A model generated the notes under the pieces. The model had not been told where the DNA came from, made no database searches, and saw only the letters and a program-made list of their open reading frames with translations. Position numbers and translations under genes: made by a program. A DNA stretch of 49,335 nucleotides from an uncultured Lachnospiraceae bacterium (GTDB taxonomy: Bacteria > Bacillota > Clostridia > Lachnospirales > Lachnospiraceae). The DNA lies in the NCBI GenBank assembly GCA_947631075.1, contig CANRJU010000001.1, positions 1 to 49,335 on the forward strand. The letters are read 5' to 3'. Below are positions 37,969 through 47,950 of this stretch, piece after piece. Within the stretch, counting starts at the first letter, position 1; every line of letters starts with the position of its first letter.

Positions 37969-38355
37969 TCAATCTTTTCCTCCATAATATTTGTGATAGG
38001 CGACCAGTGCTTCCATATAATTGCTGAATAACAGGTATCTGCTCTTGCTGTTGCCTATTTCATCCAGACATTTCAATATCTCCGCCTTCTCCACAAAGTC
38101 CTTCATATGTCTGGGATCCCGTCCTGCCTCATATACAAAACGCACCCTCAGATATTGGATTTTCCCAAGAATCTCCTCGCTCAATGTCTCATCCAGCGAC
38201 AGGCACACTTCATTGTAGATATCCGCCGTCATCGCCAGCAGATTCCGAATCTGGGATGTTGTAATCATATCTATCCAGCCCTTCTTATTGGGCACTGCCA
38301 GACTCTTAATCACCTTTTCCGCCTTGTCTACATAATTCTCCTGACTCAAAATCAT
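37969..38355 (-). CDS. csm2: Type III-A small subunit Csm2
   Basis: TTSQIRNLL, YEAGR, YMEALVAYHKY. Confidence 0.95.
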   Translation of the reverse strand: MILSQENYVDKAEKVIKSLAVPNKKGWIDMITTSQIRNLLAMTADIYNEVCLSLDETLSEEILGKIQYLRVRFVYEAGRDPRHMKDFVEKAEILKCLDEIGNSKSRYLLFSNYMEALVAYHKYYGGKD

Positions 38356-40640
38356 TTGTCTTCTTCCTCCTTCCGATTCAAGTAAACATATAAATAAATT
38401 GCTGTTACTAACTGCTTACAATCGTTTTTGCTCTGTACCCACTGATACATTTTTTTAGAAAACTCATGGTATGCCTCTCGCTTTTCCTCTGTCTGCGGCT
38501 CAATACGCGCCAGAACATAGGCAAACCGCGCCAGATTTATTTTGTCGTCCATATTCCGTATCAGCTCCAGCAAGCGGTATAAAAATGCCATTCCCCGCTC
38601 TGGCGTCCTGCGCAGATATTCTTCCAAAGCAGCAAGCTTCTCTTTCACCACCTTGCGTTCAAATTCCTCCCATGAATAGGTTGATTTCAGCAAAGTAACC
38701 GAGTTTTTCTGTGGCTGGCTTTTGGACTGCTCCTCAAGTCCTGCCACCTCGCCTGCACTGACGCGAATCGGATATCCCGCCGAATATATTCCGATTCCCG
38801 CTGAAATCGTCAGGGTATCTATGGAATATTCCTTTAACTTATGCCGGATATCCAGGGCCAGTTCGATTACATCCTTCCACGCGCCGACAATGAACAAATC
38901 GTCGCCGCCGGAATATACAATGGAAGCGTTGCGCTCCTGCGTATCTCCATGAATCGAGCGCTCCCCGTTCCTCAATATCCAATTTATATGGTGCTTAAAA
39001 AACAGAGAGAGCTGCCTTGAGAGCGTCGCCGTTCTCGAAAGCGTTGTATATTTCTCCGGAAATCCGCCCACGAAGGCATGTCCCAGATTGTCCACATCCG
39101 CCCGGAGCACCGCGATACGATTGATTCCCGTCGCCTCCTTCGCATATTTTTCCATCGTCTTTCCTTTTTGCGTATAATCCCCTACCCACAATTTGGTTGT
39201 TGCATACTTTCCTGTATAAAATTTATTTTTCCCGTAGGTGCGCACAAAAAAATCTTCTTCCATTGCGGATCGCAGCTCATTCTCGCTCTGCGCCACAAGA
39301 AACCGACCGCCCGGAAGCGGAATGGACGCCGCCTGCTCCTGTTCTGTCACGGTAAAGAAATCCTGATACAGTATGCCGTCTGACATTTTTTTCAACATGG
39401 CACAAAAACTGCACATGCCATCCTCGTCAATTTCAGACGTTCTCTTGCAGACGCGACATTCTCTGTCGCCGCTTTTTGCCGTTTTTCGGTTTAAGTCTAT
39501 AATCTGTTCTGCCGTATATCGCGCCGCTTTTTGCGCCGACAGTTTTTTGGATAAATTCCTAAATAATTCCGCATAGCTCCCTGCCGGATTATTTTCCAGA
39601 TCATAGGAACTGCACTCCACCGAATCAGCTGCAACATATAGCGCGATATCGAAATTTTCCACAAAAAATGCGTTAAACATTTCCTGAGTGTCCCTTATAA
39701 TTCCAATCGTTTCTTCCGTATTCGGCAGAAGCATATAACAATGTCCGCCGCCAGAATATATCAGATTGGCGCGTGACAGACTGCATCGCTCTAATATTTC
39801 GTCAATCATATGCTCCATCAAAATTTCCAGATAGAACGAGCGCGCGCGCAGCGTGCGAAGAGCGTGCTTGCTGTGTATTGTATAAATAAAACTCTGAATC
39901 CCCGAAATATCCATCGAAAAAAGACGAAACGCCTTTTTTTCATAAAATTCCTTTGCATGGAGAAACAGCTCGTCCTTATAATCGGTTATGCCCTTTTCCT
40001 GCAGATATCCGTAAATACAGCTGCTGTACGCCGCTGTCATTTTCACATGGTCATACAGAGAGATATCTGCCAGCTCATGGACCGCTGTCGATGAAGGAAT
40101 TTATGAAAAATAGGCCTCCATAGCCGATAACAGGGAATGAATATAACCCTCTTTCCACTCTTCAATCCCCCGCATCGTATCCGATAATTCCCTGCGGATT
40201 TTCTGATAAAAGGACTGGTCGAACGGATAATCCTTTTCTGTAGGCATATTGATTCCCGCCTCATCATCCAGCGCAGCCGGATGATAGTGGTACTTTTCTG
40301 AATTTCCATTCAATATGTTAAAGATACTCTGCATGGGGATTTTCGGATCAAATCCCTTTTCCTCATTTTCTGCCGCCCGCCTGTCAGAGGCCGCCGCTAT
40401 ATTGTCTGCTATGTAAACGATATACGCCAGAGAATCTGCCTTTAATCCGGCATGCGATAAGGCGTCGCCATGATGATAACGAACACAGTTCAGAACCTCT
40501 TCATCCGACATCCCCACTTCCTCTTTTAAGAACTCATAACCGGAGGCGCTGTGCTTTCGATTGTCCCCTGCGCGATAGAGTACTTTTCCCACATCGTGCA
40601 ACAGCGCTCCTGTCACTAACTTAATTTCTGTATCCGTCAT
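38352..40640 (-). pseudogene. cas10: Cas10/Csm1 interrupted by one in-frame TAA at 40101-40103
   Basis: The HD domain (LLHDVG) and Palm domains (DISGIQSFIY, DVDNLG, YSGGDD) share one frame over 763 codons; it reads EAYFS*IPSSTAVHELADISLYDH. Confidence 0.9.
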
Positions 40641-41386
40641 TGCTTATCCTCCCTCTCAACCACTTGTATGGCGCCCATGCCAAGAGCCGTCTTTATGCCG
40701 ATTCCGGAAAATTCTCCATACCGGAACAACAGATGCGCCAAATTGACTAATGCCTGCGGGCCATTTATCTTTATCACGACAGTCCCAATAAAAGAAGGAA
40801 TTTTTACGCCTTCCAGATAGTATGCCGTGCTTTTCAAATCATATCTTATAATAGAGGAATAATCTGTCAGATCTTTAAGAGCCTCCTCGGATTGCATGGA
40901 CTGTCCTTGTGCAAATGCGTCGTATTTGCTCATCAGACTGTGATATATCAGAGAAATATCCGGATATATCACATAGCTTCCATCTCTTTTAAACGATGTA
41001 GGGGTAACAAAACGAATATGAATATACCGGGAACCTGTTCCCAGATAATATGTATCAATTAAGCTCTGATAGCTGCTCACCGTGAGCGTCTTTTCTTTCA
41101 AATTAACCTTGCAGCTGTCATGTTTCAATTCTATGCTCTGAAAATCCTCCTTTAACACAGGAAGAATAATATTCTCATATGCCCTTCTGTTTAATGTGTG
41201 TATTTGCCAGATACATTTATCGCGATTCAATAAAACATACTGGCTGTACGGCTTCAGCCCCTGTTCATGCAGTTCTTCCGCATAGGGGGCATCCAGCTTC
41301 TCCATCAATCCCCCATGAAACAGCGAGCTCTTTTGATATGTGATTTTTTCTTCTGACTCCAATGTTATTCTGATCGTACTTAACAT
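40637..41386 (-). CDS. cas6: CRISPR-associated endoribonuclease Cas6
   Basis: LHEQGLKPYSQ, FVTPTSFK and the G-rich loop GIGIKTALGMG. Confidence 0.95.
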   Translation of the reverse strand: MLSTIRITLESEEKITYQKSSLFHGGLMEKLDAPYAEELHEQGLKPYSQYVLLNRDKCIWQIHTLNRRAYENIILPVLKEDFQSIELKHDSCKVNLKEKTLTVSSYQSLIDTYYLGTGSRYIHIRFVTPTSFKRDGSYVIYPDISLIYHSLMSKYDAFAQGQSMQSEEALKDLTDYSSIIRYDLKSTAYYLEGVKIPSFIGTVVIKINGPQALVNLAHLLFRYGEFSGIGIKTALGMGAIQVVEREDKQ

Positions 41387-41487
41387 ATTCCACCTTCTGC
41401 TTTCTCTGATTGCTTTCTTCAACTCTATATTACCACCTTAGCTGTCCCATAAACCTCCCTCGCAACTCGAATTATCAATTTTTCACG

Positions 41488-41892
41488 TCAATGCACCCTC
41501 ACCGCCGTGCTCTTTCCAAAATGATATGTGAGTACCTGCGCCTTTGTCGGGAACCTCATGCCCAGCTCCTGCGCCTTTTCCATAATCTCCTCGTAATCCA
41601 GTTCTTTATTCTCATACTCTTTCTGGAGGCGAGAGTTCTCTTTCTGCAGCTCATCGATTTCACCCCGGAGCGAATACACCTGCCTGTCCAGCATCGTCTC
41701 CGTATTCTGCATTGTGACCACATAAAAACAGCTTCCCACCGTGATGGCTGCTGTCGTCAGACCGATGAGCGCACTCCGGATCATGCGCCTTTTGCGTTTC
41801 TTTTTTTCTACATTGACGACTTTTATCTTTTTCCCTGTCGTAATAATCTGTATGGCTGTGCTTCCCGCCATATAATCCATTGTATTTTTCAT
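41488..41892 (-). CDS. FtsL-like bitopic coiled-coil membrane protein
   Basis: Basic stretch, one TM helix, heptad coiled coil, C-terminal AQELGMRFP. Confidence 0.65.
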   Translation of the reverse strand: MKNTMDYMAGSTAIQIITTGKKIKVVNVEKKKRKRRMIRSALIGLTTAAITVGSCFYVVTMQNTETMLDRQVYSLRGEIDELQKENSRLQKEYENKELDYEEIMEKAQELGMRFPTKAQVLTYHFGKSTAVRVH

Positions 41893-41907
41893 ATTATCTA
41901 TATCCCT

Positions 41908-42066
41908 TTAGTTTTCTGATTTGACGGTCGGCTCATCCATAGAGGACGTGGCCTCTACGATCAGTCTTGTGATGGCTCCCGATCTGCTGGTGTAGTGACG
42001 CTGCGCATAATGATCGACTCGCCGGATCACATCGTCCTCCAATGTAATATTGACCCTCTTTTTCAT
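41908..42066 (-). CDS. Ribbon-helix-helix (CopG-like) regulator, 52 aa
   Basis: Manual translation MKKRVNITLEDDVIRRVDHYAQRHYTSRSGAITRLI fits the RHH pattern; AGGGGGA RBS; absent from the ORF track. Confidence 0.8.
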   Translation of the reverse strand: MKKRVNITLEDDVIRRVDHYAQRHYTSRSGAITRLIVEATSSMDEPTVKSEN

Positions 42067-42091
42067 ACTTCCCCCTGTTCAAAACCTGCAA

Positions 42092-42159
42092 ACACACGAA
42101 CAGCACATTTTATACACACGAATTATCTATATTATACACACTTAATAAGTAAAAATCAA
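42092..42159 (-). promoter_or_regulatory. SigA promoter with phased ACACAC boxes
   Basis: TTGATT-17 bp-TATAAT (42159-42131); ACACAC at 42092, 42114 and 42136. Confidence 0.7.
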
Positions 42160-42291
42160 CCATAAAGTATTCATTGCTCGCAAAAAAGGTAAATAGCGCC
42201 ATACTTTCCATACTGGACTGCAGACGCTATAAAAGAAAACACATTAATCCTACTATGCCGTCGGCCCACATCCCTCCTCTAAATTAGATTA

Positions 42292-43059
42292 TTACCACAT
42301 TTCTCCATGATAGACATTTATAAAAAACCAGACGAGCCTAAAACTCATCTGGTCAAAATAATGTGTAGCTGGTCTACCTCCTTGTTGTTCTATATTAACA
42401 TTATCCGGGGCCATACAGGCCCCCATATTCATGCTATCCTTGATGCCGTAATCCGTTATGGCTCCAGTCGTCACCCCGTGCACTTCCACATATCCCATCT
42501 CCTGCCTCCGCCAGTTGGCCTCGGCGGACGCCAGTACCACGGCTCCGCTCCCCGTCACGGTCCATGTGGCCGAATAGGGGCGCTGGCTGCCATACGCCAA
42601 CGGGTAACGGAACTGCTTCTCCGCGCTGGCGAAATGGCTGGACGTCAGGGCCACCACATAATCGGCAAATCCGCCTTCTACAAGCATAGAACCGATTGCC
42701 ATAGATTCTCCCATCGTAGAACAGGCCCCGTACACACCGAACATGGGAATGTTAAAATTCATGATGCCAAACGACGTGGCGATCAACTGTCCCAACAGGT
42801 CCCCGGCCACCAGATAGCGGATATCCGCCGGCTCCATTCCCGCTTTCCGAAGGGCGATCTGGGTCGCCAGCTGCTGCATCTTGCTCTCCGCTTCCTCCCA
42901 CGTCCGGGAGCCGAACAGGGGATCCGGCTCCACCATGTCGAAATATTTTCCAAAGGCGCCGTTTCCCTCTTTTTCACCTGCCACGCTGCCGGCCCCGATA
43001 ATCACCGGCGGCTTGGCAAACAACACGCTTCTCTTTCCTACTGCTTTTTTTCCGTCCAT
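42292..43059 (-). pseudogene. spoVAD: SpoVAD, 5' part only (homology ends near 42406)
   Basis: WEEAES, AGDLLGQL, YGACST, EKQFRYPL and WTVTGSG motifs, then NMGACMAP followed by an unrelated 37-aa AT-rich tail. Confidence 0.85.
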
Positions 43060-43077
43060 CTTCTTCCGTCCTTTCCC

Positions 43078-43578
43078 TCAGACCCATCCGATTATTTTTC
43101 CCAGCCAGTACAGCACTCCCAGGACCCAGCTTGCGAACACCCCGTAGAGTATGACCGGACCGGCAATCGTAAAAATCTTGCACCCGATTCCAAAAACCTG
43201 TCCTTCTTCCTTGAACTCAATAGCGGGAGCCGCCACGGAATTGGCAAATCCCGTAATCGGCACCAGCGTGCCGGCCCCGGCAAAATTTCCTAATTTCTGG
43301 TACAGGTTGAAGCCGGTAAATAAAATGCTGAGCAGAATCAGCGACAGCGTTGTATACAGCGACGCCGTCTCCTTTTGCATTCCCGATCCCTGAAACAGAT
43401 TGATCAATACCTGCCCCAGCACGCAGATCAGCCCCCCGACGAGGTAGGCCTTGCAGAGATTGATGAACCAGCTCTTTTTAGGCGTGTTCTCCTTCACATA
43501 CTGGTTGTAGATTTTCTCCTTTTTCTCCGGCGACCGCTCCCGGATCACTTCCTTGATATTTGTCTTGTTTTTTTCCAT
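43078..43578 (-). CDS. spoVAC: Stage V sporulation protein AC
   Basis: GGLICVLGQ, AGAGTLVPITGFANS, FTIAGPVI. Confidence 0.96.
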   Translation of the reverse strand: MEKNKTNIKEVIRERSPEKKEKIYNQYVKENTPKKSWFINLCKAYLVGGLICVLGQVLINLFQGSGMQKETASLYTTLSLILLSILFTGFNLYQKLGNFAGAGTLVPITGFANSVAAPAIEFKEEGQVFGIGCKIFTIAGPVILYGVFASWVLGVLYWLGKIIGWV

Positions 43579-43599
43579 GACGATTCCTCCTAATTTGTA

Positions 43600-44013
43600 T
43601 CATACAAAAAATTGAAATAATGTCCCTGTCATTTTCCCCAGAGCTATGGCCAGAACGACAATGGGAAATCCCTCTTTCAACTGAACCCTGTTTACCATGA
43701 TGGGAAACGCCCGCAGCATCTCGGCCAGAGCCATGGCGAGGCACCCCACAAAAATTCCGGCAAACAGACCGAACAGACAGACGAAGACCGCGGATAAGGG
43801 AAGATGGATTCCGAACAGGATCCAGATGTTTCCAAGCGTCCCTCCCAGTATGACGGCGTTCTCGTACTGGTACATATAATGGGCCGTGCCCGTCCTTCCC
43901 GCCAGCCGCGGGATAATGCCCAGCATGGTAATGAAGGCAAAAACGCCGGCCGCCACGGTGAGTCCGCTGCAAAGCCCCAGAAAAGCCATTGCGGCCTGTT
44001 TAATTAGTATCAA
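43600..44013 (-). CDS. spoVAB: Stage V sporulation protein AB
   Basis: GIIPRL, GIFVGCLAMALAE, ALGK motifs and operon position. Confidence 0.92.
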   Translation of the reverse strand: MILIKQAAMAFLGLCSGLTVAAGVFAFITMLGIIPRLAGRTGTAHYMYQYENAVILGGTLGNIWILFGIHLPLSAVFVCLFGLFAGIFVGCLAMALAEMLRAFPIMVNRVQLKEGFPIVVLAIALGKMTGTLFQFFV

Positions 44014-44632
44014 TGGTCTTTCCCTCCCTGGCAGCCGTCTTGATAATCGCCTTATTCACCTGCTCCTCGTAATTGTTCATCTCCACCTGGATCGGCGTTA
44101 AGTCGTCCCTCAGCTTTTTTCTGCGGAAATGATTATAAAAGACGAGAATCCCGACGGGCAGGCCGATGGCGTAACAGACTTCCAGAACAGACCCACCTGT
44201 TTTCGCCTGGCCCATGATCAGAAAATACACCTTGTCAAATACGGCCGCCACGCTCACATCCTCGTTAAACGTCATAATGGTAAAGGCCGCCCCGAAAAAA
44301 ATGATGAGGCCCACAAAAACCGCCTTCGCGTACTCCGCCGCCCGGCTCTTTTCCCTTTTGTCCGGTTCCTCCAGATCCACGATAAAATCCTGTTCGCCCA
44401 TATTTTCAATCTGAAGATGAGGATAAATTTTTAAGATGCCCTCATACACCTTCGTAATTGTAAATATAGTTTTCTGGCTTCCGCCCGCGGGCAGCGTGTA
44501 AAAGATCTCCTTTTCCAGCGTTTTGACGATATCCCGGTTGGCGCAGTACATATCCGCGATATCCCGGAATGTCAGAGTCCGGTTTTTCACCGGGACGTTC
44601 TGCGCCACTTTTATAAATAATATTTCTTCCAT
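44000..44632 (-). CDS. spoVAA: Stage V sporulation protein AA
   Basis: FFGAAFTIMTFNEDV, FYNHF, PIQVEM; ATG after AAGGAG. Confidence 0.92.
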   Translation of the reverse strand: MEEILFIKVAQNVPVKNRTLTFRDIADMYCANRDIVKTLEKEIFYTLPAGGSQKTIFTITKVYEGILKIYPHLQIENMGEQDFIVDLEEPDKREKSRAAEYAKAVFVGLIIFFGAAFTIMTFNEDVSVAAVFDKVYFLIMGQAKTGGSVLEVCYAIGLPVGILVFYNHFRRKKLRDDLTPIQVEMNNYEEQVNKAIIKTAAREGKTIDTN

Positions 44633-44769
44633 CCAAAGTACTCCTTTACCAATGTCCCTTTTCCCAAATCCATCGGCCCTTTCTCCCTGCTGCCGCTCAT
44701 CCGGTAACAGAATATCGCTCCCGTGGCAAGCAAAATAATAGCAATGGTAATCAGTCCGGCCTTTTTCAC
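44611..44769 (-). CDS. Small putative membrane/secreted protein (52 aa)
   Basis: GTG after AAAGGAAG; MKKAGLITIAIILLATGAIFCYR is a signal/TM-like segment; absent from the ORF track. Confidence 0.55.
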   Translation of the reverse strand: MKKAGLITIAIILLATGAIFCYRMSGSREKGPMDLGKGTLVKEYFGWKKYYL

Positions 44770-44814
44770 AAAACCACTTCCTTTCGGTAATTACCATTGC
44801 CAAAAAATTATTTT

Positions 44815-45540
44815 TTATTCAGAAATTAAAAAAACACGATTCCGCATGGACGTCAGTATTTTTTTCTCCATCCGGCTCACCTGCACCTGATTCATGTTCA
44901 GCTTCTCCGCCACCTGGGACTGCGTCATATCCTGAAAATACCTCATTTCGATGAGACGCCTCTCCCGGCTCTCTAACGCCTCAAGCAGCTGCTCCAGCAG
45001 GAGATGGTTGAGGACGCTCTCACTCTCGTCCCGCTCCGAGGGAATTTTATCCATCAGCGCAATCTCGCTTCCCTCCTTCTGAAAAATCGTCTTGTTGAGA
45101 GATTCCACCTCGTTTCCCGCCTCCAGCGCCATGACCAGTTCTTCCTTTTCCATCTCTGTCGCGGCGCACAGTTCCTCCACCGTGGCCTCCCGGCCCAGTT
45201 CGCCCGCCAGGCGCTCCGCCGCCTTCTTTACCTTCCAGCCGCTCTCCTTCAGAGAACGGCTCACCTTCACCATGCCGTCATCCCGCAGAAACCGCTTAAT
45301 TTCACCGGTGATCATGGGCACCGCGTAAGTGGAAAACTGCACGTTGTAATTGAGATCGAACTTGTCCACCGCCTTGATCAGACCGATAGCACCGATCTGA
45401 CCCAGATCCTCCGGGTCGTATCCTCTCCCCGTAAATCTCCTCACAATGCTGTACACCAGGGCCATATTATCTTTTATCACCTGTTCTCTCGCTATCTTAT
45501 CCCCGGATCGTGCCTGTTTGATGAGATCTATGGTTTCCAT
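44815..45540 (-). CDS. sigF: Forespore sigma factor SigF
   Basis: IGLIKAVDKFD, FSTYAVPMITGEIKRFLRDDG, QVQVSR; third gene of the spoIIA operon. Confidence 0.95.
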   Translation of the reverse strand: METIDLIKQARSGDKIAREQVIKDNMALVYSIVRRFTGRGYDPEDLGQIGAIGLIKAVDKFDLNYNVQFSTYAVPMITGEIKRFLRDDGMVKVSRSLKESGWKVKKAAERLAGELGREATVEELCAATEMEKEELVMALEAGNEVESLNKTIFQKEGSEIALMDKIPSERDESESVLNHLLLEQLLEALESRERRLIEMRYFQDMTQSQVAEKLNMNQVQVSRMEKKILTSMRNRVFLISE

Positions 45541-45552
45541 GAGCACGCTCCT

Positions 45553-46005
45553 CTACGATAAGTTCAGCGCGCTGTAAATTGTCTTTTTCATTCGCACGGT
45601 AGTCCCCGTTCCCTTCTCCGACTGTACCTCCAGCTCGTCCATAAAAGCCTCCATAAAGGCAAATCCCATGCCGGAACGCTCCATCTCCGGCTTCGTCGTA
45701 TAGAGGGGTTCCATAGCCTTTTGTATATCCGGTATCCCCACGCCCTGGTCCTGCACTTCGATTTCCATCACATTTCCTTCAATCCGGCTATGTATGGTAA
45801 TCTTTCCCTCCCGTCCCTCATAGCCGTGGATTACCGCGTTTGTCACCGCTTCCGAGACCGCGGTCTTGACATCCGCCATTTCCTCCACCGTCGGATCCAG
45901 CCGCGTCAGAAACGCGGCCACCACCATCCGGGCCAGCCCCTCATTTTCCGAGCTGCTGTCAAAAATCAGCGTAATTTCATTTTTCTTTTTCATCTTTTTC
46001 CTCAT
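45553..46005 (-). CDS. spoIIAB: Anti-sigma F factor SpoIIAB
   Basis: KTAVSEAVTNAVIHGY, ERSGMGF. Confidence 0.97.
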   Translation of the reverse strand: MRKKMKKKNEITLIFDSSSENEGLARMVVAAFLTRLDPTVEEMADVKTAVSEAVTNAVIHGYEGREGKITIHSRIEGNVMEIEVQDQGVGIPDIQKAMEPLYTTKPEMERSGMGFAFMEAFMDELEVQSEKGTGTTVRMKKTIYSALNLS

Positions 46006-46032
46006 TTCCGCGCCGCTTCTGCGCGCATATTT

Positions 46033-46431
46033 TCACTTTTCTTCCCGCTTTTCTATGTCCAGCCTGGGGATGATCCGGTACAGCCCCGACATGGAAAAAA
46101 TCCGATCCACGCCCTCGCCGATGCCGGTGACATACGTCATGCCCCCCAAAAAATTCATTTTCCGGTACCGGCCCATGACCATGCCGATTCCGGAACTGTC
46201 CATAAAAGTCATTCCCGTGAAGTCAAAAATAAGTGTCTTGAGCGTTCCGTTCTCAATCTGAATATCCACCGTGCGGCTCACCTGATCCGCCAGATGGTGG
46301 TCCAGCTCCGCGCTTATGCGAAGGATTAGGGTGGACCCCTCTCTCTCTAATGAGAATAAATTCCGCGAATGAATATTCGCCTCAAACAAATTCCTGGCAT
46401 TTTCCTGTGCCAAGTACAGCGATCGTTCCAT
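46033..46431 (-). CDS. spoIIAA: Anti-anti-sigma factor SpoIIAA
   Basis: ELDHH, FMDSSGIG..GRY. Confidence 0.95.
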   Translation of the reverse strand: MERSLYLAQENARNLFEANIHSRNLFSLEREGSTLILRISAELDHHLADQVSRTVDIQIENGTLKTLIFDFTGMTFMDSSGIGMVMGRYRKMNFLGGMTYVTGIGEGVDRIFSMSGLYRIIPRLDIEKREEK

Positions 46432-46472
46432 GATCTGATCTCCCTTCTGAAAATTTTTCTACATAAATAGAA

Positions 46473-46510
46473 AAAGGACCTGCAGAAACAAATTTTTCTG
46501 TAAGTCCTTT
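46473..46510 (-). terminator. Rho-independent terminator after the TPR gene
   Basis: AAAGGAC.TACAGAAA...TTTCTGCAGGTCCTTTTT hairpin on the minus strand with a U tract. Confidence 0.65.
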
Positions 46511-46550
46511 AAAATAATTCTTCCCGTGTGTCTCCCAGAGCCAACGGCGC

Positions 46551-47927
46551 CTACGGAATCTCGTTGAGATAGGTCTGCGCCTGCGCGCCGTATGTGGTGG
46601 TGCTTCCCAGCGCGATCGCCTTTTTATACCATTTTTTAGCTGCTTTTGTATTGTTTTTCCGCTGATAGCAGCGCCCTAAGCACATCATGGCCTCCTGGTT
46701 ATCCTCGTCCACCGCCAGCACCTTCTTGAATGTGGCGATTGCCTGGTCGTAGGAGGTATACATCTCGTTGCGCCCCTGGCTGACCATGGCAGCAATCTGA
46801 GAATCTGAAATCGTGCCGACTGTCGCAAACAGCGACTTAGCCTCCGGTGTGCCGAAATCCGACTTCTTACATCCGCCGACCGCAGCAGCGGCGTTCACCA
46901 CGTCGTTGTCCACATAATAAAACTTGACTCCGGCTAACAGGCTCTCATAGCTCTCTGCCTTTTTCAATGCCTCCGTGTCGCCCTCCTCAATCTGAGCCTG
47001 CAGCTCGTCCACCTGGCTCTGCAGGGAATCCCGCTCATTCTCCAGCGCGTTGATCTGGCTGGACTGGACCGCCAGTTGCTCATTGGCATCCGCCCCGCTG
47101 CTCACTACGCTGTCCGTGCCGCCTGTGGGCTTCATAAATGTCGGGCGGATGAGAACAAAGCAGACTACGATGCCGATGATGATTCCGATAATAACGTTGA
47201 CCACCGGCATCAGAGAACGCTTTTCTTCCTTATAAGCCCCCACCGGCGTGACATTGGCCAGCGGGTCCTTCTTGACCGTCTTTTTGGCGGAAGCCTGCGA
47301 TTTGGTCGTATTCGCCCGGTCTCCCACCTCCTGCATATAGCGCAGGGTCGTCGTGTTGTTAAAATCGATCCGCCTCGCGCGGCTTAAGCACTTGGCGGCC
47401 TTCTGGTAATCCTCGATGCGTATATACAACAGCGCCAAGAGCTGCTGTGCCCGTATAAAGTGCGGATTCAGGCTCACTACCTTTTTTAACTGTATGATTG
47501 CTAAATCCTCGTTGCCGGCCTTGGCTGCCGACAGGGCCGAGTTGTACTTCTTAATCGTCTGATTGACGGAATCCAGCGCCGTCTGATTCTTCTGTACCGT
47601 ATTTATATAATAATCCGCCGGGTTCTCATCGGGCTGCAGGTACTTGCTCAGCACCCACTCGCTCAGGGCCGCTACCGTCTCGCCCATCTCGTAGTAAATC
47701 AGACCCAGCAGGTTTCTCGCGTTCGTATTGCATTTGTCAAACTGAAGGCTCTTTTTCAGCATCGTGACAGCCCCCGACAGATCCCGCACTCTGGCTTTCT
47801 CAAGACCGATGTTGTAATAGGTATTGGAAATGCGGCGGACATAGTGAATGACCGCCAGATCCTGACCGCAGAAACTGCACACCGCGCTGGCATCGCCCAC
47901 ATTGGCATCACATCTTGGGCATCTCAT
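46551..47927 (-). CDS. Zn-ribbon / TPR membrane protein
   Basis: CPRC..CSFC, TPR repeats, one TM segment, a coiled coil and a C-terminal TPR. Confidence 0.88.
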   Translation of the reverse strand: MRCPRCDANVGDASAVCSFCGQDLAVIHYVRRISNTYYNIGLEKARVRDLSGAVTMLKKSLQFDKCNTNARNLLGLIYYEMGETVAALSEWVLSKYLQPDENPADYYINTVQKNQTALDSVNQTIKKYNSALSAAKAGNEDLAIIQLKKVVSLNPHFIRAQQLLALLYIRIEDYQKAAKCLSRARRIDFNNTTTLRYMQEVGDRANTTKSQASAKKTVKKDPLANVTPVGAYKEEKRSLMPVVNVIIGIIIGIVVCFVLIRPTFMKPTGGTDSVVSSGADANEQLAVQSSQINALENERDSLQSQVDELQAQIEEGDTEALKKAESYESLLAGVKFYYVDNDVVNAAAAVGGCKKSDFGTPEAKSLFATVGTISDSQIAAMVSQGRNEMYTSYDQAIATFKKVLAVDEDNQEAMMCLGRCYQRKNNTKAAKKWYKKAIALGSTTTYGAQAQTYLNEIP

Positions 47928-47950
47928 GTTCTTTAATCCTCCCTGTTCTG

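Noticed and set aside
40043-40309. 88-aa ORF suggesting a cas10 frameshift
   Set aside because: The two true cas10 pieces are in the same frame; the break is a nonsense codon.
41430-41452. tgtccca motif upstream of both cas6 and the Sel1 gene as a shared WYL site
   Set aside because: Only a short half-site, not palindromic, and its spacing to the -10 boxes is inconsistent.
44633-44803. Long N-terminal extension of SpoVAA in the ORF track
   Set aside because: There is a better RBS at 44632, and the region is explained by a separate small ORF in another frame.
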